Origin: Desulfosoma sp. | GTDB lineage: Bacteria > Desulfobacterota > Syntrophobacteria > Syntrophobacterales > DSM-9756 | Length of the DNA stretch: 33,885 nucleotides | Direction of reading: 5' to 3' | NCBI GenBank assembly: GCA_037481835.1 | Contig: JBBFKW010000022.1 | Coordinates: 1-33,885 of the forward strand | Shown here: positions 1 through 8,620 of the stretch, in pieces | Position numbering within the stretch: the first letter of the stretch is position 1 | Layout: each line of letters opens with the position of its first letter | Program-made: the position numbers and the translations under genes | Notes under the pieces: model-generated | What the model saw: only the letters and a program-made list of their open reading frames with translations | Told to the model about the DNA's origin: nothing | Database searches by the model: none

Positions 1-394
1 CACAGCCGGCCACATGTGAGCAATGACAATCCTTACTCGGAGGCCCATTTTAAGACCCTCAAGTATTGTCCGCAGTTTCCAGGACGTTTCGGTTCGATCC
101 AAGACGCCCGATCCTTTTGCCGGGATTTTTTCACTTGGTACAACCAGGAACATCGCCACTCAGGCATCGGACTGGTCACGCCGGAGCAGCTCCACTATGG
201 ATTGGCGGCTCAGGTGGTAGATCAACGCCGCCAGGTCCTTAAGGCTGCCTTTGAAGCCAATCCTGCCCGTTTCAAAGGCAAGATGCCGCAGCCTCCGGCT
301 TTGCCAACCGCCGCTTGGATCAACAAGCCGGCAAGCGATGGCCTAAGAGTCTAATTCTTCCCCGGAGGTGTCTCATTTCCATTGACACATTCCG
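1..394 (+). mobile_element. IS3-family element, 3' part (OrfB integrase-core C-terminus plus right end), cut by the window start
   Basis: Frame reads HSRPHVSNDNPYSEAHFKTLKY...WYNQEHRHSGIGLVTP (integrase-core catalytic Glu region), stop at 354. Similarity to the second copy ends at ...CATTGACACATTCCG (394). Confidence 0.85.
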
Positions 395-1066
395 AGGGGC
401 TCTTCTGCGCCGGGAAGGTCTCGACTCCTCCAACCTGACCGCATGGCGAAGACAGAGAGAGGAAGGGCCATTGGAGGCCCTTTCTTCCCGGAAAAGGGGG
501 CCTAAGCCCACACCGGTCGATCCCCTCGCAAGGCGGGTCGCCGAGCTGGAACGTGAAAACCAACAGATTCGTGACCGGATCAAGAAAGCCCAAACCATCA
601 TCGAAGTTCAAAAAAAATTTCAGAACTCATGGGAATTCCCGAAACCAGCGGGGACAACTCATGAGCGCGGCAATCCAATGGCGAACCGAGGTGGGGACCA
701 TCCAGGCCTGTGATGCCTTTTTTAAGACCCTCAAGTATTGTCCGCAGTTTCCAGGACGTTTCGGTTCGATCCAAGACGCCCGATCCTTTTGCCGGGATTT
801 TTTCACTTGGTACAACCAGGAACATCGCCACTCAGGCATCGGACTGGTCACGCCGGAGCAGCTCCACTATGGATTGGCGGCTCAGGTGGTAGATCAACGC
901 CGCCAGGTCCTTAAGGCTGCCTTTGAAGCCAATCCTGCCCGTTTCAAAGGCAAGATGCCGCAGCCTCCGGCTTTGCCAACCGCCGCTTGGATCAACAAGC
1001 CGACAACCGATGGCCTGAGAGTCTAATTCTTCACCGGAGGTTTCTCATTCCCATTGACACATTCCG
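395..1066 (+). pseudogene. Internally deleted IS3-family remnant: OrfA C-terminal half, A8 frameshift site, about 20 codons of OrfB fused to the OrfB C-terminus, right end
   Basis: GALLRREGLDSSNLTAWRRQ...RVAELERENQQ...IIEVQKK is OrfA-like (HTH plus coiled coil). A-run at 610-617. ATG661 MSAAIQW...ACDAF joins directly to FKTLKY. 720-1066 repeats 48-394. Confidence 0.8.
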
Positions 1067-2167
1067 CGTCGATACTTGGGTATGGCGACAATCCATGAGG
1101 GCCATCATGCGTTGAACAAAAACCCCAAGGTCGAAATTTTGGGCTCTTGCCTCACAATCTCCACGCAAAGCCCGGGCTTTTTCTGGCGTCATATTTTTTA
1201 CCGCATCCATGAGAGTTTCCACAGACGAATCAGGCTCCAAGAGCAGGCCCGTTTGCTCGTGGATGACACTTTCGGCCACGCCTCCCTCACGAACGCCGAT
1301 CACGGGTTTTCCGGAAGCCATGGCTTCCAAGGGAACCATGCCGAAATCTTCCTCTTTGGGGATATAAATCACGGCGATGCAAGTGCCTAAAAGTTCAAGC
1401 AGGACGTCTTCACCAACAGTGCCGAGAAAAACCACGTTGGGCAAGCCTTCACCCAACCGACGCAGGTGTTTTTCTTCCGGCCCTGCAGAGACGACCACAA
1501 GGCGCTTTTCCGGCATGCGCCTGAAAGCCTCAATGATGCGATCTACGCGCTTGAGCCGATCCAGGCGGGCGACGGAGAGATAAAAGTTTTTTTGGCCGCG
1601 ATATGAATAAAGGCTGGTTTCACACGGAGGGTATATAACTATGGCATCGCGATGAAGATATCGGCGAATGCGGCGGCGAACGGTTTGACTGTTGCAAACG
1701 AGAACATCCATGGAGGTCACGGCAGCTTCAAATTGTCGGCGATACCAATTTAGGAAGACGCGGAAGAAAGCTCTTAATGGCGCCGGGACGGACCGCGTGA
1801 AAAATGCGCTTTGATCATAGGCAAAGCGAGGTGGGGTATGACAATAGAGAATGTTGCGATGGGCTACGCCCGAGAGCACGGCAAGGGGGGCGTATGAGCC
1901 GCTGAAGACGACCGTTTCATATTTTGCAAGCCTTTTTCCTTTTGACAAGAACACAAAGCACAGAAAAAGCTGTCTTAGAAAAGGAACGGATACCCTGGGA
2001 GCTAAAGGAAACAGGGGCCCCGAAAAAACTCTGGGGAAATACGGGTGTGCAGCTCGGGCGTATCCGCACACCAGATGTGACGCCGCCTCTCGAGCAAGAA
2101 GGCATGAAAGTTTACCCCCTCCGTCTGCGGTTTCAAAATAGTCGTGAACTACAGCCGTCTTGCCCAT
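1031..2167 (-). CDS. Glycosyltransferase family 4 (WbaZ/ExpE7-like); last ~11 codons and stop supplied by the IS end
   Basis: VVHDY..GG, YCHTPPRFAYD, ARLDRLKRVD and EEDFGMVPLEAMASGKPVI (GT4 EX7E motif). Confidence 0.9.
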   Translation of the reverse strand: MGKTAVVHDYFETADGGGKLSCLLAREAASHLVCGYARAAHPYFPRVFSGPLFPLAPRVSVPFLRQLFLCFVFLSKGKRLAKYETVVFSGSYAPLAVLSGVAHRNILYCHTPPRFAYDQSAFFTRSVPAPLRAFFRVFLNWYRRQFEAAVTSMDVLVCNSQTVRRRIRRYLHRDAIVIYPPCETSLYSYRGQKNFYLSVARLDRLKRVDRIIEAFRRMPEKRLVVVSAGPEEKHLRRLGEGLPNVVFLGTVGEDVLLELLGTCIAVIYIPKEEDFGMVPLEAMASGKPVIGVREGGVAESVIHEQTGLLLEPDSSVETLMDAVKNMTPEKARALRGDCEARAQNFDLGVFVQRMMALMDCRHTQVSTRNVSMGMRNLR

Positions 2168-2301
2168 TTCCTGCCTCGCCTTGACCCAAGTTCGTTTTAT
2201 GTTTTTTCAAATTTACACATGATCCAGCTTCTTGCAAGTTCAGAATATGTCACACATGTTGGATGCGCTCCATGACATCTTGCCCTCACTCGACAATAAG
2301 G

Positions 2302-2329
2302 TTGACAGGATGTCCCCACTCGCTATAGT
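2302..2329 (+). promoter_or_regulatory. Putative sigma70 promoter for wzm-wzt
   Basis: TTGACA (2302-2307), 16-nt spacer, TATAGT (2324-2329). Confidence 0.6.
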
Positions 2330-2437
2330 CGCAAAACAGCGGTGGCCGGCCTGATTTTTTTGCCGGATAAAGCAAGCTTTTTGTAGGGGCGGCACTTTTC
2401 CTTGACGGCCAAATGGAGGAGGTTGCGTTCGAAATTC

Positions 2438-3205
2438 ATGCGAGCTTTTCACACATACTGGGATTTGCTTTTCTACAAAGCTTTAGCCGATCTTCGATCT
2501 GAGGCGCGCAGGTATTATATAGCGTATTTGTGGTGGGTGATAGAACCCGTACTAGAGATGCTGGTCTTCTACCTGGTGTTTGCCGGGCTTCTAAAACGCG
2601 GTGGCCCCAACTTTGTTCAGTTTCTCCTTGTCGGTCTAGTGGTTTGGAAGTGGTTTGAAATCACGGTGAAACATTGCGGGTTCGCCATCATCAACAGTTC
2701 CGGGCTTATCCGGCAAGTGGCCATCCCTAAGATCCTTTTCCCACTCGTAGTCATCCTGACGGACACCTTCAAGGCGATGTTCGCCTTTGGTGTGGTTTTT
2801 CTCTTTCTTCTTGTCAGCGGTTTCGGACCCAGCAAAGCTTACGCCGCGCTGCCGTTATTGTTCGTCGTTCAGAGTCTTATCATTGCTGCAGTAGGTTGCC
2901 TTTTTGCCGCCATCACACCTTTTTTCCCTGACTTCATGCTTATTGTTTCTCATATCCTGCGGCTCATCTTCTACCTATCGGGAATCTTCTATGACCCGAT
3001 AAAAATTCCCGAACCGCATCGCTCTTTGTTTTTTCTTAATCCATTGGCTCGTCTTGTGTCAGATTACCGGAGAGTCCTCATCGAAGGGTTATGGCCAGAT
3101 CCTTTGCCTTTAATTATCCTCGGGCTTCTGTCGCTCCTTGTCTTTCTCTTGGTGTTCCGATTCATGGGGCGTTATGAGACCATTTACCCGCGCATTGTCA
3201 GGTGA
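2438..3205 (+). CDS. wzm: Polysaccharide ABC transporter permease (ABC-2, Wzm-like)
   Basis: Multi-TM protein, DLRSEARRYYIAYLWWVIEP, FYLSGIFY, LNPL; overlaps the ATPase start. Start uncertain (TTG 2423 is an alternative). Confidence 0.88.
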   Translation: MRAFHTYWDLLFYKALADLRSEARRYYIAYLWWVIEPVLEMLVFYLVFAGLLKRGGPNFVQFLLVGLVVWKWFEITVKHCGFAIINSSGLIRQVAIPKILFPLVVILTDTFKAMFAFGVVFLFLLVSGFGPSKAYAALPLLFVVQSLIIAAVGCLFAAITPFFPDFMLIVSHILRLIFYLSGIFYDPIKIPEPHRSLFFLNPLARLVSDYRRVLIEGLWPDPLPLIILGLLSLLVFLLVFRFMGRYETIYPRIVR

Positions 3206-3948
3206 CGCCCATGGACAATCTGTCCCCCGTCATTGAGCTCAGAAATGTGGCCTATTACTATCTGAAAAGAACAGGATATTTTTCCAAAGAGAAATTTTGG
3301 GCGCTCAAGGACGTTTCCTTTACCCTTTACAAGGGAGAGAGCCTGGGCGTGATCGGACGAAACGGGTCCGGGAAGACAACGCTTCTTCAGCTTCTCGCTG
3401 GCATCACATCGCCGGATAAAGGAGAGGTCATAAATTACGGCCATACGGCATCGCTCTTATCTCTACAGGCAGGATTTATTCCGTACCTCACGGGCAGGGA
3501 AAACACGATCCTCAACGGGCTGATTCTTGGTATCGGGCTTGGCGCAATTCGTGAGAAGATGGAGGAGATCCGAGAGTTTTCTGGTTTGGGCGAGTTTTTT
3601 GATCAGCCAATCAGCAGCTATTCCTCGGGGATGCGCGCCCGCCTGGGCTTTTCCATCGCCTTTCAGCTGGATCCGGATGTACTTTTGGTTGACGAGGTTC
3701 TTGGCGTCGGAGACGAAGTTTTCAGGGAGAAATCATCCGCCAAGATGAAGGAAAAAATCCGTTCGAACAAGACGGTTGTTCTCGTCTCCCACCAGCTTGC
3801 TTCAATCCAAGAACTATGCGGGAGGACCGTGTGGATTGAAGGAGGGGAGAGTCGCGCCGTGGGAAAGACGGAGGACGTGCTTAAGGAATACAGGGCTTTT
3901 TTAAAAGGCAACGGACACGGTCGGCCGAGCCGATTCACGAAAAACTGA
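3202..3948 (+). CDS. wzt: Polysaccharide ABC transporter ATPase (Wzt/KpsT-like, no C-terminal carbohydrate-binding domain)
   Basis: FWALKDVSF, GRNGSGKTT, YSSGMRARLGF, VLLVDEVLGVGD; 248 aa. Confidence 0.9.
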   Translation: MTPMDNLSPVIELRNVAYYYLKRTGYFSKEKFWALKDVSFTLYKGESLGVIGRNGSGKTTLLQLLAGITSPDKGEVINYGHTASLLSLQAGFIPYLTGRENTILNGLILGIGLGAIREKMEEIREFSGLGEFFDQPISSYSSGMRARLGFSIAFQLDPDVLLVDEVLGVGDEVFREKSSAKMKEKIRSNKTVVLVSHQLASIQELCGRTVWIEGGESRAVGKTEDVLKEYRAFLKGNGHGRPSRFTKN

Positions 3949-4001
3949 AAACGTAACCGTTCCAAATGGTGATCCGAGGACCAGGCGTAAGAACGGAAAA
4001 A

Positions 4002-5009
4002 TCACTTTGAGCGGGCTCGATGAATCGGTCGAGGACTAACGAAATCCTCAAAGGCCTTCATGAGCGCGCGCATGAGGAGAGCGGGTTTTTTTTGGGCAAC
4101 GAGGACAACGACCTTGCTGAGCAGACGGAAGGTCATGACCCAGGGGAGGAAAGCCGGGTGATGCAATCGGGTGTAGTGGAGCGTGCTGAGCGTTTCAAAA
4201 TATGTGACCCAGGCAGCGCTCACGGGCGTGGAAGGCCCGATTCCACTGAGACTGGCGCTGCCCTTATGAAGGACGATGCTGGGACGACACCAGGCTAGAT
4301 CGTACCCTGCGCGCCGGGCTCGACGGCAAAAGTCCATTTCTTCATAAAAGAGAAAAAAATCTTCATTGAGGAAACCCACCTTCCGAAAAACGTCAGTGCG
4401 CGCAAAGAAGGAGGCCCCGAAAACATAGTCCAACCGGGGTTCGGGAAGATAAGCAATTTCGTGGAGCCCCCGACCCCCATAAAGGGGCTTGAAGACGGTG
4501 GATAAAGGGAAATAGCGGCACCCTCCCGCGCACTGAAGACGGAATGGATCGTCCATGTGCACAACCGTCGAGCCGAAGACGCCGGCACTTTTTTTTTGGT
4601 CGGCACAGCGCAGCAGTGCACCCAAAGCGTCGGAATGCACCAAGGTGTCATTATTCAAGAGCCAAACGAAATCGCTTCCCCACTCAACGGCCACCCGGAT
4701 GCCCGAGTTGTTTCCCGCTGCGAATCCCAGGTTGGCATTATTCTTGATTAAAACGAAGGGCGCGGAGGACGCCCCAGGCGATGGGGAGCCCTCTCCGAGA
4801 ATGGAAATGCGCTTTTCTGGGAAGCGCGTTCGTGCCCAGTTGAGTATATGGTCTGTAGATTTGTCCGTGGACCCGTTGTCGCACACGATGATGCGGCGGG
4901 GAAGCGATTTGCTTCGAATGAGAGATTCGAGGCACGGGACCGTAAGGTGAGAGCCGTTCCAATTAAGCACGATAACGGAAACGTCCGTTAACGAAGTGCG
5001 ATGTTCCAT
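4002..5009 (-). CDS. Glycosyltransferase family 2 (WbbL/rhamnosyltransferase-like)
   Basis: VIVLNWNG, CDNGSTD, NLGFAAGNN, LLNNDT, FFLFYEEMDFC. Confidence 0.88.
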   Translation of the reverse strand: MEHRTSLTDVSVIVLNWNGSHLTVPCLESLIRSKSLPRRIIVCDNGSTDKSTDHILNWARTRFPEKRISILGEGSPSPGASSAPFVLIKNNANLGFAAGNNSGIRVAVEWGSDFVWLLNNDTLVHSDALGALLRCADQKKSAGVFGSTVVHMDDPFRLQCAGGCRYFPLSTVFKPLYGGRGLHEIAYLPEPRLDYVFGASFFARTDVFRKVGFLNEDFFLFYEEMDFCRRARRAGYDLAWCRPSIVLHKGSASLSGIGPSTPVSAAWVTYFETLSTLHYTRLHHPAFLPWVMTFRLLSKVVVLVAQKKPALLMRALMKAFEDFVSPRPIHRARSK

Positions 5010-5047
5010 TAGTGATCCTTCCGCTTGGCTCCCTTTTCACCTTCCAA

Positions 5048-7069
5048 TCATTGTTTTCCGAGTATTTCAAGGAAAAAGGCCGCCGTTTCTCGTGCCTCCC
5101 GCTTGTGGCAATAATCTTGCGCGGTTCTTATCCCCTCTGTCGCGATCTTTTCTCGAAGCGAGTCGTGCTCGAGCAGATATAAGATGGCCTCCACCATGCC
5201 TGAGGGCTCTCCCGGCCTGACCAAGAGGCAATTTTCCCCGTGTCGCGCGTATTCACTGACGCCTCCCACTTCCGTCAAGACACAGGCTGTCCCGCATGCC
5301 ATGGCTTCCAAGGCGCAACGGCCGAACCCCTGAAAGTCGGAGGCGTCCAGGAAGACGTCTGCTTCAGAATAAATATGCGCAAGTCGATTCTGGTTTACCA
5401 CGATCCCCTCGTCGCGATAGGGGAAAGGAAGACCGTAGGAGGAAAGAAAGCGATCGCCGAAGAGCACGATTTCCACGTCCGGCCGGGCTCGATGAAGCAT
5501 GGAAAGGGCCTTGACCAGACGAGGAAATCCTCGTCGACGTGTTCTTGGTCGAGCCATAGCTAGCACTTTCGGGCGTTGACGGAGTATATCCCTCGGATAG
5601 AACATGGAAAGATCCATTCCAAGCCGGATTTTTCGAGGCCGGCACCCATGCCGAGCCAACATGTGGGCAAGCCAGTCGGACTTGACAATGTGGTGACGAA
5701 AACACTTATAGGTTTGAAGAACTTTCTCGCGGCTTGGCCGATCCGATTCTGGAAAAAACCATGGTTCGTAGTCTTGGAGAAAATACACTCCCTCTTTGGC
5801 TCTACCCTGGAGTACCAGCTCTCTTACGGGTTCAGCCGTGGTCCAAAGGGTGGCAACGGCGATGTCGGTTGGAGGCAGTTCAGAGACCAGTTCCTCAAAA
5901 TTTCGAAAAATCATGGGGCGCCCATACATTCGGGTCCAGTCGTAAACGGCGGGGTCCTCAAAGAGGGCGGCGATTTTAGCTTCGATGCCCATCAGGATGA
6001 GCTCGTTAACGATCTGGATGACACTCAGCACGCCACCGGCGACCACCAGATTGTGCAAGACATAGGTGACCTTTGTTGCCTCCGGCCGGAAAAAACGGGA
6101 ATTCCAGTGGGATCGAACTACCTCGCGCTTTGCCGCGGGGAGTTCCCGAATCCCCCGAATAATGCCCCGCCCAAGGGACTTAAGATCCTTGTTGCGCCAT
6201 GCTTCAAGAATGGTACGTGCCGTCTTCCATATGGTGGGTATGGGATCGGGACGGAGAGGGCCCCGCAAAGCTTCTCGCACTTCACGAAGGGGATTGGTTT
6301 GGAGGAAGGCACGATATTGTCTTGAGTATTCCGTTGCCCAAAGTTGGTCGAAAATACGGCGATTTTCTCGGTATCTTTGATCCCGATCTTGAAAAGAAGC
6401 ACGCCCTTTATGGTACACAAAAACATTTTCAGCCACGACGGTGCGATAGCCGTGCGAGGTGAGCCTCATGCAAAGATCTGAATCTTCGCAATATCCCCGA
6501 CCGTAGCGCTCGTCGAAAAAACCGACAACTTGCAGGGCCGATCTTCGCAGCAGCATGCAAAACCCCACACCGGTGACTACATCCGAAATCTTGCCGGCGC
6601 GGGTTCTCGAGAGCCAGGAATCCAAAGCGATAAAATCTGTTCCGGGAGGCATAGGGATGGAAATTTGCGACGCGTAATTGGTGAGCGGGTTTACGGAGGC
6701 GATTCGATTGTCGGAGGCGGCGCAGATCAACAACCTTTCCAACCATTCGGGTGGGACTACCACGTCGCTATTCAGAAGGACGATAAAAGGCGCATCGCCC
6801 ATCATCATCCCTTTGTTGCAGGATTTGACAAAGCCGAGGTTTTCTTGGTTTCTATGGACAGACACGTTGGCTCTGGAAAAGAGGAGAGCGTGAAGACGCT
6901 GCCGGGTGAAGGCATCGCTGCCGTCGTCGATGACGATAAGCCGATAGAGGTTTTCGGGTGTGTGGGCAAAAAGGGAGAGCAGACAATCCGTGACGTATGT
7001 AAGATTATTACAGATGGGGATGATGATGTCGCATAGAGACCGATCGAAATACTGACCGAGTAGGGGCAT
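5048..7069 (-). CDS. Bifunctional glycosyltransferase: N-terminal GT2 plus C-terminal WsaF-like GT4
   Basis: GT2: IDDGSD, NLGFVKSCNKG, LLNSD, GYCEDSDL. GT4: AVATLWTTA, YFLQDYEPWF, QGFGRCALEAMACG. Confidence 0.85.
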   Translation of the reverse strand: MPLLGQYFDRSLCDIIIPICNNLTYVTDCLLSLFAHTPENLYRLIVIDDGSDAFTRQRLHALLFSRANVSVHRNQENLGFVKSCNKGMMMGDAPFIVLLNSDVVVPPEWLERLLICAASDNRIASVNPLTNYASQISIPMPPGTDFIALDSWLSRTRAGKISDVVTGVGFCMLLRRSALQVVGFFDERYGRGYCEDSDLCMRLTSHGYRTVVAENVFVYHKGRASFQDRDQRYRENRRIFDQLWATEYSRQYRAFLQTNPLREVREALRGPLRPDPIPTIWKTARTILEAWRNKDLKSLGRGIIRGIRELPAAKREVVRSHWNSRFFRPEATKVTYVLHNLVVAGGVLSVIQIVNELILMGIEAKIAALFEDPAVYDWTRMYGRPMIFRNFEELVSELPPTDIAVATLWTTAEPVRELVLQGRAKEGVYFLQDYEPWFFPESDRPSREKVLQTYKCFRHHIVKSDWLAHMLARHGCRPRKIRLGMDLSMFYPRDILRQRPKVLAMARPRTRRRGFPRLVKALSMLHRARPDVEIVLFGDRFLSSYGLPFPYRDEGIVVNQNRLAHIYSEADVFLDASDFQGFGRCALEAMACGTACVLTEVGGVSEYARHGENCLLVRPGEPSGMVEAILYLLEHDSLREKIATEGIRTAQDYCHKREARETAAFFLEILGKQ

Positions 7070-7376
7070 GTATCTCCTTTCCTGAGGGGCTCAACTACCG
7101 TGTTGTGATGCCTGCTGCCGCGCCATGGCACCACTTGTTGACAATACAATCTCGTTGCAAAGCGAATCCATTGCCGTCACTGGGATCAAGAAATCAGAAG
7201 GTGCCATTCAGCATGACCGTTTTGCTCACCCCAGAGAATTCAAAAAATTATATCATGCAAGAAAGAAAAGGAGCAAGACAGGCTGTGACACTGATGGCAG
7301 AAGGTTTAGCTTCTTAACGCCTGAAATGGAAAAGCAGAGGATAAGATGCAGTGACGTTTCGTGTGGGAGAGCCTAA

Positions 7377-8294
7377 ATGGTGAAAGGTGATGACGTCAGA
7401 TCGGGTTTCGTCGTTTTGGTGGGGGCGCCCAACGTGGGAAAATCCACGCTCATGAACCAGGTGCTCAAGGAAAAGATCAGCATCACGTGCCCCAAACCCC
7501 AGACGACGCGAAACCGGATTCTCGGCATCTACAACACGGCTCGCTGCCAGATGGTTTTCGTGGACACGCCGGGTATTCATCGAGCGCGCGACAGCTTCAA
7601 TAAAATCCTTGTGGAGACGGCGTTAAGCGCCTTGGCCGACGTGGATGTCATCGCCTTTATCGCGGATGTGACGGCCAAGGGAACGGACCTGGACCGGTTC
7701 GTCCTCCAGGCCATGGAAAAACTCACCGTCCCGGTGGTGCTTGTGCTCAACAAGGTGGATCTTCTCAAAGACAAAGGGGCCCTGCTGCCGCTGATCCAAC
7801 GCTTTGCGGAGATGCGTGATTTTGCCGCCGTCGTGCCCGTATCGGCCCTCAAGGGCCATGGGGTGGAGGAGCTGGTGGCGGAGTTGGAAAAGCTTCTTCC
7901 CGAAGGGCCCCGCTATTACCCCGAAGATGCCGTGACGGACCAGCCGGAACGGTTCCTTGCGGCCGAAATCGTTCGGGAAAAGGTGTTTCATCTGACCGAG
8001 GAAGAAGTTCCCTACGCGACGGCGGTTACGGTAGACGTGTTCAAGGACGAGCCGGAACGAAACCTGGTGCGCATCGAAGCGACCATCCATGTGGAGCGGG
8101 ATTCCCAAAAGGGGATCGTCATCGGCAAGGCCGGGGCGAGGCTTAAAGAAATCGGCCGGCAGGCCCGGGAAGGCTTGGAACGGCTCTTGGGATGCCGGGT
8201 ATACTTGGGCCTTTATGTGCGCGTGCAGAAAAACTGGCGGCGTGACCGGCGGGTGCTGGGGGAGTTCGGCTACCGGGTGCCGCGGAAAGGGTAG
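7377..8294 (+). CDS. era: GTPase Era
   Basis: GAPNVGKSTL, PQTTR, DTPG, NKVD and KH domain with SQKGIVIGK. Confidence 0.97.
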   Translation: MVKGDDVRSGFVVLVGAPNVGKSTLMNQVLKEKISITCPKPQTTRNRILGIYNTARCQMVFVDTPGIHRARDSFNKILVETALSALADVDVIAFIADVTAKGTDLDRFVLQAMEKLTVPVVLVLNKVDLLKDKGALLPLIQRFAEMRDFAAVVPVSALKGHGVEELVAELEKLLPEGPRYYPEDAVTDQPERFLAAEIVREKVFHLTEEEVPYATAVTVDVFKDEPERNLVRIEATIHVERDSQKGIVIGKAGARLKEIGRQAREGLERLLGCRVYLGLYVRVQKNWRRDRRVLGEFGYRVPRKG

Positions 8295-8343
8295 GGGGAA
8301 GGCGTCGGGCGGGCTGAAGTGCAGGGGACGGCTGGTTGAAAAA

Positions 8344-8461
8344 TCACCGCAGAGACGCAGAGGACGCTGAGGCGGGGTGCACGAAAATCGTGCGGCCCGT
8401 TTTGTTTCGGGCCGGTGCGCTGAGAGGCCGCCGCGGCCCGAGGCCGCGCCCCTTCGGGGCG
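8344..8461 (+). repeat. Structured repeat copy A (CACCGCAGAG family), solo, downstream of era
   Basis: Head TCACCGCAGAGACGCAGAGGACGCTGAG 8344-8371; hairpin 8372-8400; stem-loop 8407-8441 with loop CTGAGAGGC; CGCCCC-TTC-GGGGCG 8447-8461. Confidence 0.85.
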
Positions 8462-8620
8462 ACTGGGATGGCCGGGGCCCGCATCAATTCGTGATTTCGA
8501 CGAGAAGAGGATCGTCCCCCACCCGCCGAGCGTTCGGGATAGAGAATCTCGGCGGGCGAGGCCCCCCCTTCCAAGATGCGGCACTGGCGGCATCATTCCG
8601 GGACTCGGGCCGTGTCAGGA

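Noticed and set aside
7126..7141. Sigma54 promoter TGGCAC...TTG
   Set aside because: GG-N10-GC spacing is not satisfied.
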